In this document: piece by piece, positions 8,159 to 18,506 of the stretch | Position numbering within the stretch: the first letter of the stretch is position 1 | Layout: every line of letters begins with the position of its first letter | Assembly: GCA_041695085.1 (NCBI GenBank) | Contig: JBGFRO010000003.1 | Coordinates: 8,603 to 72,602, forward strand | Origin: Bacteroidota bacterium | GTDB lineage: Bacteria; Bacteroidota; Ignavibacteria; UBA10030 | Reading direction: 5' to 3' | DNA: 64,000 nt | Made by a program: the position numbers and the translations under genes | Notes under the pieces: model-generated | What the model saw: the letters and a program-made list of their open reading frames with translations, nothing else | Told to the model about the DNA's origin: nothing | Databases searched by the model: none

Positions 8159-9802
8159 TTAAGGCTCCTTCGTAAGCCAAATCGGATTGCTGATGCAGAA
8201 ATGTGATTCACCGTCAAGTGAATCGTGTGGCGAAGTGGAGACAACGGCACGCACGTAGCTGTTGCATTTCACGTGGATTGCGAGCTCTTCCGTCCATCTC
8301 ATCGTTCCCAATGCTAGGTCTTTCTTGAGTATCACGGTTTCAGACCCGTCTCCTATCCTTCCTTGATAACAACGTACGATGGCCAGAGAACCGAATTCGG
8401 TCGAACTCATTGCTTCCATCTGTAAGACCGGAGTCGTCCCGCGCGCTTCGCCTCCTATTGTCGTTATCCTCTTTTGCTCATTCCGTGCAACGAGACGAAC
8501 GACCGGACCATCGGTAAGGATCATCTTGCCGTCGCGCATTGCTTCAAGAAGAGCACGTTCATTGAGTGGTCCGTCCGTGAAAATACCTGTCCTCATCTTT
8601 CCGAAAATTTGTTGATTCGATTCACGAATCGTGAAGAAGGGGAGACCGACTTGTCGAAATCGGTTGAAGTTGCCGTGGGCATCGTTCCCTGCAACAGCAA
8701 AGAGACGACAACCCTGCAAAAGGAGCTTGATCCAAAGTTCAAGTCCCCGATCAAAACCTTTTCCCGTTGATCCATTCGCGAACTGAAGGCCGAGCAGACC
8801 ATCGTGCTGGAAGTCTTGTGCCGACCAGCTCCCTCGTCCCAACAAGATCCGCTGCAGAGCCGGGACAGGTTCCGACACGTGTGCGGCGAAGGCAAGTGCG
8901 TTCGGTTCCTTGAGCTGAATTGCCTCCGGGATGTCATGCTCGCTGCGTGTTTGGAACCATCGTTCCGCTCCATCACCGGAACCAGGAATGAAGCGTCGAT
9001 TTCCGTAGATCAGAAGATGGACGTTGCGTCCTTCTCGGTTGCGGACGGTGGCTTCCTCGCCACGAACTATCACGAATGGTACTCCTTCGTCATTGAGTCG
9101 AGTGACTTCATCCTGAAGAGCATTCCACTTGGGTAACGCGGGATCGTTGTGAAGATAATTGTCAACACAATCATCGAGATCGTATGAGTGATCCGTCGTG
9201 CAGAAGAAGGAGAGTCCCATCGCTTCACTCAGATCTCTTGCTGCTCGTAACGGTGCTCCAAATTCGACTTGATCCTCGGTGTAGTTCGAGTGTGTATGGG
9301 CATCGCCAAAGTGAAGTCCGGCAAATCGTGGGAGAGGTTCTCGTGCCACGTACGTCTTCAAGGCTGCATGGGAAGCGGTGCGGTAGTTGTCGGTCTGCAA
9401 AAGCTTTCGCTTACCGTTCACTTCCATGTCGATAAGGACGAGAACTTCAATCCATCCATTCAGATCACTCAAATCGACGTGAAAGACACGCCACCAATGT
9501 TTTTCGTTCGTCGATAGTTGCTCCGATAAAAGCCCATACGTTCTGGTTGACTGGGCGGAACGAATTTCAGCTTGAACACGATGTAACGTGAGAGGATACA
9601 GATGAGCGTCCTTCACATAGAGCAGGATGGGGAGGGGGCGATTTGGTTCTAAACGGTGGGGGACATCGGCGAGGATCTCCGGCTCCCTCGTTCGAAGAAA
9701 ACTGAAGAAATACCTGAATCGATAGTGGATCTCCGCGTAGAGGAAAAAGGGAAGCAGGAGGACCAGGTCGAAAGGCAAGATCAATAATGTCTTCCTTTCC
9801 AA
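8159..9802 (-). CDS. PHP-domain (CehA/McbA-like) metal-dependent phosphoesterase with N-terminal membrane anchor
   Basis: FGDAHTHSNYTEDQVEFG and FFCTTDHS histidine motifs typical of PHP domains. Hydrophobic N-terminus. No ATG near the N-terminus (TTG start in the track). Overlaps the upstream GT2 gene by 22 nt. Confidence 0.65.
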   Translation of the reverse strand: MERKTLLILPFDLVLLLPFFLYAEIHYRFRYFFSFLRTREPEILADVPHRLEPNRPLPILLYVKDAHLYPLTLHRVQAEIRSAQSTRTYGLLSEQLSTNEKHWWRVFHVDLSDLNGWIEVLVLIDMEVNGKRKLLQTDNYRTASHAALKTYVAREPLPRFAGLHFGDAHTHSNYTEDQVEFGAPLRAARDLSEAMGLSFFCTTDHSYDLDDCVDNYLHNDPALPKWNALQDEVTRLNDEGVPFVIVRGEEATVRNREGRNVHLLIYGNRRFIPGSGDGAERWFQTRSEHDIPEAIQLKEPNALAFAAHVSEPVPALQRILLGRGSWSAQDFQHDGLLGLQFANGSTGKGFDRGLELWIKLLLQGCRLFAVAGNDAHGNFNRFRQVGLPFFTIRESNQQIFGKMRTGIFTDGPLNERALLEAMRDGKMILTDGPVVRLVARNEQKRITTIGGEARGTTPVLQMEAMSSTEFGSLAIVRCYQGRIGDGSETVILKKDLALGTMRWTEELAIHVKCNSYVRAVVSTSPHDSLDGESHFCISNPIWLTKEP

Positions 9803-10875
9803 ACGACTTTGCCCCCGAAGAAGACGACGAGGGGAAGCAACAGTACATAGAAGAAAAAGTATGCTTGAAAACGATAGAAATACTTTAAGAGATCTACTCG
9901 CGCCAGTCTCACGAGAACTTGTCGAAGAAACATATAATCACCGACAAGCTTTGCGAAGAGGCACGAAAGCCCTATGGCCACCTCGCCGGTGAGGATCGTC
10001 CACGCGATCAGTGCGTGTGTGCTGAACGCGATCGCCATAATAACGAAGCCACTCGGTTTCATGTCGAGCCCCCCCTTACCCCATCTCTTTTTTTGTCGGA
10101 TCAAGTCCTTCCACGTCCTGCACGGCTCGCTTGTTACGAGGAGGTGCGGATCGATCGGGTACAAGTATTCCCAGCGGCCCGTACGAACAATTGCCTGGAA
10201 GAGCATGAAGTCTTCCGTGACGCTGAATGGAATCTTCTCATATCCACCCACTTCCTCATAGGCCGCTTTTCTAAAGGAGAGATTGTTGCCGATGGTACTG
10301 AGAGGATTTCTCAGGGTGGCTGCGGCGGAGGCCAATCCGAGCAGATAGACCCAATCGAGTGACTGCATTCCTTCAAACGATGTACGGGCCTTCTGTATCG
10401 TTATTCCTCCCACTATCCCCACGCGGGGAGCGTATCGACGCGCCGTGTGTTCTACCCATGTCTCGGGAACGACACAATCAGCATCCGTTATGAGAATCAC
10501 TTCGCCGCGGGCCTTCGTGATACCTTGATGAAGGGCATTCGACTTTCCTATCAGCCGCGGATGATCCTCAGCATTCATCCAAGAACAGTTTGTGTACCGC
10601 CCCGCAAACTCTTCACAAACCGAAATGGTCCCGTCGGTGGAGTGATCGTTGACGACGATGACCTCAAATTGGTCCGACGGATAGGTTTGATGAAGAACGG
10701 AGCGCAGGCACTCCGGCAAAAGCTTCTCTTCGTTTCGAGCGGCGATCACGACGGAGACAAAAGGACGACGATGCGGATCCACATCGTCCCGTGTATGACG
10801 GATACCGTAGAGAAGCACTGCAACCTGTAAGAGGTATGCAAATGAGACAACAACGAGAAGCAATTCGACGGTCAT
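9781..10875 (-). CDS. Family 2 glycosyltransferase, membrane-bound
   Basis: VSVVIAARNEE…VIVVNDHSTDGT…LITDADCV (GT-A DxD region) followed by C-terminal TM helices. Start moved to the ATG at 10875 (MTVELLL…) because the track start at 10899 is TTG. Confidence 0.8.
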   Translation of the reverse strand: MTVELLLVVVSFAYLLQVAVLLYGIRHTRDDVDPHRRPFVSVVIAARNEEKLLPECLRSVLHQTYPSDQFEVIVVNDHSTDGTISVCEEFAGRYTNCSWMNAEDHPRLIGKSNALHQGITKARGEVILITDADCVVPETWVEHTARRYAPRVGIVGGITIQKARTSFEGMQSLDWVYLLGLASAAATLRNPLSTIGNNLSFRKAAYEEVGGYEKIPFSVTEDFMLFQAIVRTGRWEYLYPIDPHLLVTSEPCRTWKDLIRQKKRWGKGGLDMKPSGFVIMAIAFSTHALIAWTILTGEVAIGLSCLFAKLVGDYMFLRQVLVRLARVDLLKYFYRFQAYFFFYVLLLPLVVFFGGKVVWKGRHY

Positions 10876-11074
10876 GTCAAGAGATCGCGGATGGAACAAT
10901 CACATTCTGGAAAGACGTGACAAGGTGCCGCTCCAATATACGGAGAGAGTGAGCAACGAGCAACGACGATCCAGAACGATGTCAGGGAAAGCTCCGGTTA
11001 TCCTTTTTCGCTTGTGGTAAGAAGTCTCCCTTTGAGAAGGATCGGGCAGCGCGCACATAAAGGGGATAACAACA

Positions 11075-11421
11075 TTATAAACGAATAGATAAGAGAAACG
11101 TGTTCAGCGCGACAGCCGGTGCGATGCCAATCTGCGTATAGAACAAAACGGCGCCGGCCTCTCGTACGCCAAGATCGGCCAGCGCGAACGGAAAGAAACT
11201 CTTCGTCAGCATCATCGCGCTAAATGCGAGGGAAGCTCTGAACCACTCGACGGAGACAAACGCCGCAAGCAGGAGGAGTGCCTCACACACAAGAAGGAGT
11301 TGCGAGCCGAGCGTAAGAGAGTGACCTCCACAACGAGAATAAGCAAGCTGGGCACACCGAACATTGTTAGCACAAGGAAGAGCCTTATGAGAAGAGAAAG
11401 TCGTTGCTTGGAGGGCTCCAC
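11075..11421 (-). pseudogene. Remnant of a lysylphosphatidylglycerol-synthase-TM/flippase-like membrane protein gene, frameshifted
   Basis: Two overlapping minus-strand ORFs in different frames (11212..11421 and 11075..11290). The first is TM-like only up to …LLILVVEVTL. The second carries …FFPFALADLGVREAGAVLFYTQIGIAPAVAL…, which I recall from the LPG_synthase_TM family. The combined length of ~135 aa is far shorter than the ~300-aa family. Confidence 0.4.
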
Positions 11422-11569
11422 AATGATTCAGCTGAAGCTGGTGCGCATTTCAAAAATGAGCAGTGCATCACAAATGCGGAACAAAGATGAGGAGAATTTG
11501 GATGAAATGGAAGCAGAAGATCCTATCCATTCTTATGGTGAGACATTCATCGTCGTGCAAATCGCGATT

Positions 11570-12283
11570 ATGCCGTCGAGAGATAAATTGAATATCGGTT
11601 TTTCGCGGGCTATATTCATCAACAAAGAAAAAGAACGAACCATAGGAAACATCTTGAACGCACTCGTCATTGGCATTGCAGGGGGGACGGGATCAGGAAA
11701 GACGACGGTGACGAACAAAATTCTTGACCGCTTGGATCGCGAGAGGGTGTTGGTCATCCAACACGACTCGTATTATAAGGACCTTTCCGCCTTCAACGGT
11801 TTGAAGCCCGAACAGATCAACTTTGATCACCCCAGCACGCTTGAGACAGAACTACTGATTCAACACATCTTACAGCTTAAGAGCGGTTTGCCCGTTGATC
11901 AGCCGATTTACAATTTCACGACGTATTCCCGCATGAAGGAAACACGACGTCTCGAACCCCGCGAAATCATCATTGTCGACGGAATCCTGCTCTTCGTCGA
12001 GAAGCGTCTGCGCGAACTGTTCGACATCAAGATTTTCCTCGATACGGACGCCGACGAGCGACTAATCCGACGAATCCGGCGAGACATCCTCGAGCGTGGC
12101 AGATCGGTTGAATCGGTGATGAATCAGTATATGGCAACGGTGAAGCCGATGCATCTTGAGTTTGTCGAGCCGAGCAAGCATTGGGCGGATATCATCATTC
12201 CTCGTGGAGGTGAGAACGTAGTCGCTATTGACATGGTCGTCACGAAAATTCGTTCTCTGCTTCGCGAGAAAGCAAAAGATTGA
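11570..12283 (+). CDS. udk: Uridine kinase
   Basis: P-loop IGIAGGTGSGKTT, then …VIQHDSYYKD…INFDHPSTLE…IIVDGILLF…DTDADERLIRRIRRDILERGRS…. The track ORF starts at 11300, but the first 90 codons overlap the remnant on the other strand. The ATG at 11570 is the last start before the P-loop (11423 is also possible). Confidence 0.85.
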   Translation: MPSRDKLNIGFSRAIFINKEKERTIGNILNALVIGIAGGTGSGKTTVTNKILDRLDRERVLVIQHDSYYKDLSAFNGLKPEQINFDHPSTLETELLIQHILQLKSGLPVDQPIYNFTTYSRMKETRRLEPREIIIVDGILLFVEKRLRELFDIKIFLDTDADERLIRRIRRDILERGRSVESVMNQYMATVKPMHLEFVEPSKHWADIIIPRGGENVVAIDMVVTKIRSLLREKAKD

Positions 12284-12411
12284 CATCTGCAGGTCGAGAG
12301 TCCAGTCATTTCAACGGATAGTATCGCGTGAAGTCGGATTTCTTGACTCTCCCTCGTTTTTTGGGTATCTTCGAGGCAAATTTTGTATGAAGAAATGCCC
12401 CCTGCATTACT

Positions 12412-13794
12412 TTGCGGAGCGATGGGCAATCAAATCGTGGGAGCATCGCGAAGACGAAGAAAGGATTCACTTTTCCTGTGACACATCGAGCGCTGCAAGC
12501 GCAATATCAAAAGACTGTTTTAGAGAACGGTGTGCGAGTCGTTACGGAGGAGATCCCCTCCGTCCGCTCGGTCACGGTAGGTATTTGGGTCGAGACAGGT
12601 TCCCGAGAGGAGACAGAAGAAACGAATGGGATCAGCCATTTCATTGAGCACATGGTATTCAAGGGAACAACGCGGCGGTCAGTGCGTGAGATTGCTCGAA
12701 GTATTGAATCCGTTGGGGGATATTTAAATGCGTTCACAGGCAAGGAACATACCTGTTTCTACGCCCGTGTGCTCGATGAACATACGGGACTGGCTTTAGA
12801 TGTGGTCTCTGACCTTGTTCAGCACGCGACGTTCCCAGAAAAAGAGCTCGAGAAGGAAAAAGGGGTCGTTATTGAAGAGCTCAAGAATGCAGAAGACGAT
12901 CCGGATGACATCATACACGACTATTTCGATAAGGCCGTTTTCGGAAATCATCCCCTCGGATTTCCCGTCATTGGTACGGAAAAGAACCTACGCTCTTTCA
13001 CACGAAACGATCTCGTTTCGTACCTCCACGCGCATTACATTCCTTCCCGAATAGTTGTTGCCGCTGCGGGAAACGTGAAGCACGACGTGCTGGTAGAGTT
13101 AAGCAGACGCCTCATCGCTCCCGGCTCGAAGAAATCTGACCATCACGCACCTGCAAGAAGACGTCCCCGACCAAATCACGGCGGTCGGCGTCAATTCAAC
13201 AAGCCGATTCAGCAAGCACACGTTTGCCTTGGGACGCAAGCATACAGCATCAGAAGCAAGTTTCGGTATCCGCTCAAGGTTCTGAATACACTTCTGGGCG
13301 ACGGGATGAGTTCGAGACTGTTTCAAAACATTCGCGAGAAGTACGGATTTGCATACTCTGTCTACAGTTACGTCAACATGCTGAGCGATGCAGGGGTCTT
13401 TGGAGCGTACATCGGAACGGACAAAACGCATATCGATGCCTCGATAGAACTTATTCACGGAGAGCTTGATAAGCTGAAACGTAAGCCGGTTCCCAAGGCT
13501 GAGATCGCCAGAACGAAGGCACAGCTCAAGGGGAGCATGATGCTGAGTTTAGAGAGCATTCCGAACAGGATGATGCGGTTAGGAACGTCGGAGCTTTATT
13601 TTGGCGAACTGAAGCCGCTGGATTCCATTATTCAGCAAATCGACGCCGTTACACAAGATGAGGTGACAGAAGTAGCCAACGACCTTTTCAATGAGAGCCG
13701 GATGACGACAGTTGTGTTTGAACCGGCGGTTGCCGAGCAACAAGAGTCGCCGCAGAGTATTGCTCTCGCCGCGAAGCGGAAACAGACGCATTGA
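12412..13794 (+). CDS. M16 family (pitrilysin-like) zinc peptidase
   Basis: Inverted zinc motif HFIEHMVFKGT (HxxEH) near the N-terminus, with typical M16 two-domain length. The start is either TTG at 12412 or GTG at 12478. Confidence 0.85.
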   Translation: MRSDGQSNRGSIAKTKKGFTFPVTHRALQAQYQKTVLENGVRVVTEEIPSVRSVTVGIWVETGSREETEETNGISHFIEHMVFKGTTRRSVREIARSIESVGGYLNAFTGKEHTCFYARVLDEHTGLALDVVSDLVQHATFPEKELEKEKGVVIEELKNAEDDPDDIIHDYFDKAVFGNHPLGFPVIGTEKNLRSFTRNDLVSYLHAHYIPSRIVVAAAGNVKHDVLVELSRRLIAPGSKKSDHHAPARRRPRPNHGGRRQFNKPIQQAHVCLGTQAYSIRSKFRYPLKVLNTLLGDGMSSRLFQNIREKYGFAYSVYSYVNMLSDAGVFGAYIGTDKTHIDASIELIHGELDKLKRKPVPKAEIARTKAQLKGSMMLSLESIPNRMMRLGTSELYFGELKPLDSIIQQIDAVTQDEVTEVANDLFNESRMTTVVFEPAVAEQQESPQSIALAAKRKQTH

Positions 13795-13803
13795 ATTGCA
13801 CCT

Positions 13804-15051
13804 ATGCCGTTCCTGACTCAAGCCGATATCGAGAAGCACCTTACGATGGAAGGACGTGCGCTTGAGATTTCCTCGCGCGCACGGACGATGCAAGATTCGC
13901 CCATCAGGAAACTTGCGGCGACGGCAGAAGCTCGAAAGAAGAACGGTATCAAAGTCTATCACCTCAACATCGGCCAGCCAGACCTCCCGACTCATCGCAT
14001 CGTTTTTCAGACCATTCGTGAGCTTCAGCTCGGCACGCTCGCGTACGCCCCTTCGAACGGACTTCCTCAAGCGCTTGCAGCCTGGAAGCAGTACTACGAC
14101 GGTGTTGGTGTAGAATTAGAGGAGCGCGAGATCATCATCACAACGGGAGGCTCTGAGGCGATCATCTTTGCGATGTGTGCCATTTGCGATGCAGGGGACG
14201 AGATTATTGTCTTCGAGCCCTTCTACACCAATTACAATGGCTTCGCAACTGTTGCCAACGTGAAGTTGCGACCAATCGCACTTTCGATTGCAGATGGTTT
14301 TCATCTTCCGAGTACCGAAGAGATCGAACAGCACATCACGCCGCGAACGAAAGGGATTTTAATCTGCAACCCATCGAATCCAACGGGGACCGTGTATACG
14401 CGGCAGGAGCTGAGCAGATTGGTGGACATTGTCAAACGGCACGATCTCTTCCTGTTGTCAGACGAGGTGTATCGCGAGTTCTCTTACGAAGGGCCATCTA
14501 CAAGTGTTCTCGGTTTTCCCGAGATACGTGACCGGGCGATTCTGCTTGATAGTTCATCAAAGCGGTTCAACGTTTGCGGCGCGCGCATCGGTGTGCTCGC
14601 GAGCCATCATCCTGACATTGTGCAGGCGGCATTCAAATTCGGTATGGCGCGGCTCTCGGTTGCCTCGATCGAACAACTTGCACTCGTTCCGCTGCTCCAA
14701 TCGTCGCGCCAATATACGGAACCCTTGGTGGAGGAATTCCGAAGACGTCGAGAGGCCGTGCATCGGGGTCTGGCAACCATTCCGGGTGTCACGTTCTACA
14801 AACCTGAGGGTGCATTCTACATTGTCATCGGTTTGCCCGTCGACGATTCGGAACATTTTTCGAAATGGTTGATCGAAGAATTTGACTACGAGAAGGAGAC
14901 GGTTCTTCTTGCTCCGGCGCAGGGATTTTACGCAACACCCGGCAAAGGTCTGAACGAAGTGCGGTTAGCGTTTATGTTGAAGCGTGAAGACCTCGAGCGC
15001 TCCCTCACCATCCTTCGCGCTGCGTTAGACGCTTATCAGAAACTGTTCTAA
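13804..15051 (+). CDS. Class I/II pyridoxal-phosphate-dependent aminotransferase (aspartate aminotransferase-like)
   Basis: …SPIRKL…LNIGQPDLPT…NPSNPTG…SSSKRFNVCGARIG (PLP-lysine motif)…. Confidence 0.85.
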   Translation: MPFLTQADIEKHLTMEGRALEISSRARTMQDSPIRKLAATAEARKKNGIKVYHLNIGQPDLPTHRIVFQTIRELQLGTLAYAPSNGLPQALAAWKQYYDGVGVELEEREIIITTGGSEAIIFAMCAICDAGDEIIVFEPFYTNYNGFATVANVKLRPIALSIADGFHLPSTEEIEQHITPRTKGILICNPSNPTGTVYTRQELSRLVDIVKRHDLFLLSDEVYREFSYEGPSTSVLGFPEIRDRAILLDSSSKRFNVCGARIGVLASHHPDIVQAAFKFGMARLSVASIEQLALVPLLQSSRQYTEPLVEEFRRRREAVHRGLATIPGVTFYKPEGAFYIVIGLPVDDSEHFSKWLIEEFDYEKETVLLAPAQGFYATPGKGLNEVRLAFMLKREDLERSLTILRAALDAYQKLF

Positions 15052-15068
15052 GAGAATAACCAAGTCGT

Positions 15069-16751
15069 ATGGCACGAATTACGATAGATGGTAGAGAGTA
15101 CGACGTCGATCCAAAGCTGACAATTATTCAAGCGGCTGCCGAGAACGGCATCGAAATCCCACATTTTTGTTGGCATCCCTCTCTTTCGGTGGCAGGCAAT
15201 TGCCGTATGTGTCTCGTGGAAGTCGAAAAGATGCCGAAGCTTGCCATCGCCTGTGCAACACAGGTAGCGGACGGTATGGTTGTTCAGACCGAAAGTGAAC
15301 GAGCGGTCAAGGCACGACAGGCGGTGATGGAGTTTTTGTTGATTAACCACCCACTTGATTGTCCAATTTGCGATGAAGCAGGGGAGTGCAAGCTGCAGGA
15401 TTATTCGTACAAGTATAGCATCGGCTACAGCAGATTTGAGGAGGACAAGGTTCACAAACCGAAGCGTGTTGAACTCGGTCCTCACGTCATGCTGGATGTC
15501 GAACGGTGCATCATGTGTTCACGTTGCATTCGGTTCTCCGACGAAATCGCGAACCAGCCGGTGCTGACGTTTACCCAACGCGGGGACCACGTTGTTCTCA
15601 CGACATTTCCGGGAACGAAACTGGACAATCCATACTCCATGAATGTTATTGAGCTCTGTCCCGTTGGAGCATTAACCAGCACCGATTTTCGATTCAAAGC
15701 CCGCGTTTGGGAGATGTCCTCCACGGAGAGCGTCTGTCCAGGATGCGCTCGTGGATGCAATATGCAAATCTGGGTACGTAATAATCAGATACTTCGACAG
15801 ACTCCTCGTCTGAACGAGGAGGTCAATTCATATTGGATGTGTGATGCCGGACGATTAAACACCTACAAACCGGTCAACAGTCCGCAACGATTGAAGACAC
15901 CAATGGTCCGGAAGGATGGTGCGCTGGTGGAAGTTGGCTGGGACGAAGCCATCGCAACGGCTGCATCCGAGCTGAAGTCGTTCAAGAAAAATGAGCTTGC
16001 TGCTCTGGCCTCTGCTTATGCGACGAACGAGGATAACTACGTCTTCCTTCGGTTTGTACGCGAGGTGCTTGGTACGAAAAACCTCGACTTCGTGCGGCAC
16101 GTGATCGAAGGTGATGAGGATGAATTGCTGATCAGAGCCGACAAAACACCCAATACGACAGGACTCAAGCTCCTCGGCGTTCGACCAATGGAGGGAGGGA
16201 AGGATTTGACCGGAATCATCCAAGGTATCAGAGGAGGAGCGATTAAGGCGTTGTATGTCTTGGAAGACGATATCGCCTCCGTTCCAGAGATTGCAGCCGT
16301 GTTGCCGAGTCTTCAACTCCTCGTCGTCCATTCGTCGCTCCAGAACAAGACGACGGAATATGCGGATATCGTGCTCTCCGCGTCGACTTATGCCGAGAAG
16401 CACGGCACGTTCACGAACTTTCTCGGACGTGTCCAACGAATCCGTCCTGCGGTCGCGACGTTGGAACACGACCGAGCATTGGATGGGTTTGCAATGAGCC
16501 GATGGGATAAATTTGCGTCGCAGAACGACCGGTGGGGCAGACCGGTGAAACGTGATGCACGCCCGAGCTGGAGAATTCTGACAGCGGTGGCGGGAGCCTT
16601 CGGGGCGAAATTCCGCTACCACACTTCGGAAGAGGTTTTCAAAGAGATCGCGGAAAAAGTTCCCGCGTTCAAGGGGCTTACATACGCTCAATTAGGATCG
16701 CTTGGGGTGACCATTCAACTCACAGAACAAGCAACCGTACTAACCTCTTGA
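15069..16751 (+). CDS. nuoG: NADH-quinone oxidoreductase subunit G (short form)
   Basis: N-terminal 2Fe-2S ferredoxin fold (…IPHFCWHPSLSVAGNCRMCLVEV…), HPLDCPICDEAGECKLQD, CIMCSRCIRF, then a molybdopterin-oxidoreductase-like domain. Confidence 0.9.
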   Translation: MARITIDGREYDVDPKLTIIQAAAENGIEIPHFCWHPSLSVAGNCRMCLVEVEKMPKLAIACATQVADGMVVQTESERAVKARQAVMEFLLINHPLDCPICDEAGECKLQDYSYKYSIGYSRFEEDKVHKPKRVELGPHVMLDVERCIMCSRCIRFSDEIANQPVLTFTQRGDHVVLTTFPGTKLDNPYSMNVIELCPVGALTSTDFRFKARVWEMSSTESVCPGCARGCNMQIWVRNNQILRQTPRLNEEVNSYWMCDAGRLNTYKPVNSPQRLKTPMVRKDGALVEVGWDEAIATAASELKSFKKNELAALASAYATNEDNYVFLRFVREVLGTKNLDFVRHVIEGDEDELLIRADKTPNTTGLKLLGVRPMEGGKDLTGIIQGIRGGAIKALYVLEDDIASVPEIAAVLPSLQLLVVHSSLQNKTTEYADIVLSASTYAEKHGTFTNFLGRVQRIRPAVATLEHDRALDGFAMSRWDKFASQNDRWGRPVKRDARPSWRILTAVAGAFGAKFRYHTSEEVFKEIAEKVPAFKGLTYAQLGSLGVTIQLTEQATVLTS

Positions 16752-16755
16752 AACA

Positions 16756-17811
16756 GTGTCTCTAACGCCCATGGTAACCGAAATCGTACTCATTCCGCTG
16801 CTGAAGATTCTGGTTGTAGTGCTCTCCATTCTCACGTGTGTTGTCTTTCTTGTTTATATCGAACGCCGCGTCAGCGCATTTGTGCAAAACCGGGTCGGCC
16901 CGAATCGCACAGGACCGTATGGCCTGCTTCAAACGGTAGCCGACGTCGTCAAATTGCTGATGAAGGAGGATATCGTCCCTCGAAATGCAAATAAGAGGAT
17001 CCACGATCTTGCCCCCATCATCTCGATAGCCGTCGCGCTCAGCACGTTTGCCGTTATTCCAATCGGCGATACTATTGAGCTGTTTGGTCGACAGATCAAA
17101 CTGATCATTGCGGATGTGAACGTTGGTATTCTCTACATCCTTGCCATAACGTCGCTGGGAGTGTATGGCATCACACTGGCCGGTTGGTCGTCCAACAACA
17201 AGTATTCCTTGCTCGGAGGTCTTCGTTCATCAGCCCAGCTTATCAGCTATGAGTTATCGATGGGACTTTCCATTATTGGCGTGCTGATGGTATCGGGCAC
17301 GCTGCAGCTCGATAAGATTGTGCATCATCAAACCGCTTATCTGTTCGGTTGGCTTCCTGCTTGGAATGTGTTTCTCCAACCGATCGGATTCATCACGTTT
17401 GTTACGGCGGCCTTTGCGGAGACCAACCGGCTGCCTTTTGATCTTCCCGAGGCGGAGCCGGAGCTTGTGGGGGGGTTTCATACAGAATATACAGGCCTCA
17501 AATTCGGTCTCTTTTTTCTCGCAGAGTACGCCAATATGATTACGATGAGCGCTGTTATCACAACGCTCTTTCTTGGGGGATGGCACCTTCCGTATGTGGA
17601 ATATCTCGGGCTTTCTTCGTTTGTGCTTTCTCTCGTCTCTGTCGGAACATTCTGCGTGAAGGTGGCAGCCGTGTTGATGTTCTTCATCATCATTCGGTGG
17701 ACGCTCCCCCGCTTTCGTTACGATCAGCTCATGAATTTGGGTTGGAAGTTTATGTTGCCCATTACGATCGTTAATGTTATCCTGACGGGTCTTGTTCTCC
17801 TCATTCTGTGA
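16756..17811 (+). CDS. nuoH: NADH-quinone oxidoreductase subunit H
   Basis: Polytopic protein with [24 protein letters not shown]…[11 protein letters not shown] and …[27 protein letters not shown]…, the hallmark NuoH/ND1 motifs. Confidence 0.9.
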   Translation: MSLTPMVTEIVLIPLLKILVVVLSILTCVVFLVYIERRVSAFVQNRVGPNRTGPYGLLQTVADVVKLLMKEDIVPRNANKRIHDLAPIISIAVALSTFAVIPIGDTIELFGRQIKLIIADVNVGILYILAITSLGVYGITLAGWSSNNKYSLLGGLRSSAQLISYELSMGLSIIGVLMVSGTLQLDKIVHHQTAYLFGWLPAWNVFLQPIGFITFVTAAFAETNRLPFDLPEAEPELVGGFHTEYTGLKFGLFFLAEYANMITMSAVITTLFLGGWHLPYVEYLGLSSFVLSLVSVGTFCVKVAAVLMFFIIIRWTLPRFRYDQLMNLGWKFMLPITIVNVILTGLVLLIL

Positions 17812-17855
17812 CAAACCGCAGAGAGAAGTTCGTCGCTTTCATAAAGAGGTATTGC

Positions 17856-18356
17856 ATGGGTTCAAATGGTAAAATGATTCGAAAGAAAGACCTTACCTTC
17901 TGGCAGCGATTGTATATTCCTGAAATCGCCAAAGGCCTGCGGCTGACCATTACACAGATGTTCAAGCCCAAGGTTACGTATCAATACCCAGAGGATAAAT
18001 TTGTCCCGCCACCATCTTTCCGTGGTAGGCCTGTTCTCGTCGAGGAACAGGGGGTTGAGCGATGTGTAGCTTGCGGTCTGTGCTCTCGAGTCTGCCCGGC
18101 CCTCGCCATTGATGTACAGGCCTCAGAAACAGAGCTTGAGAAGGAGCGGTACCCAATCAAGTTCGAAATTAACATGGTTCGATGCATTTTCTGCGGTTTC
18201 TGCGAAGAAGTTTGTCCTGAGGAAGCGATTGTGATGAGCAACGAGTATGAACTCGTCTTCACAAGTCAAGAAGAGGCAATCTTCGGAAAGGATAAGCTCC
18301 TTACTCCCATCGAACAACTGCGTCCACGTCTGGAATGGCTGAAAAACAACCGTTAG
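17856..18356 (+). CDS. nuoI: NADH-quinone oxidoreductase subunit I
   Basis: Two 4Fe-4S motifs, [12 protein letters not shown] and [12 protein letters not shown], plus TYQYPEDK. Start placed at the ATG at 17856 behind AAGAGG (the track start at 17808 is GTG). Confidence 0.85.
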   Translation: MGSNGKMIRKKDLTFWQRLYIPEIAKGLRLTITQMFKPKVTYQYPEDKFVPPPSFRGRPVLVEEQGVERCVACGLCSRVCPALAIDVQASETELEKERYPIKFEINMVRCIFCGFCEEVCPEEAIVMSNEYELVFTSQEEAIFGKDKLLTPIEQLRPRLEWLKNNR

Positions 18357-18506
18357 AAACAAGTCAAAATTAATTGAGATAACTATTTAAAAACAAAGGG
18401 CCTATTCTGAGCTAAATAATCCTTCAAAGAAGCCCTCACTCCCACTTGTCCCGCCCGCATCTGGGAGGAAGAATACGATCACGCCACGATAAGATCCTCT
18501 TCCTTC

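Noticed and set aside
11300-11569. 90-codon N-terminal extension of uridine kinase (track ORF of 327 aa)
   Set aside because: Udk homologues start a few to a few dozen residues before the P-loop. The extension has no family similarity and overlaps the membrane-protein remnant on the other strand.
15855-16691. 278-aa minus-strand ORF, together with the similar antisense ORFs 17254..17814, 53460..54041 and 56064..56705
   Set aside because: Each is antisense to a CDS with clear family motifs (nuoG, nuoH, asparaginase/metallophosphoesterase, ygfZ/GAF). Such long antisense frames are expected at this GC content.
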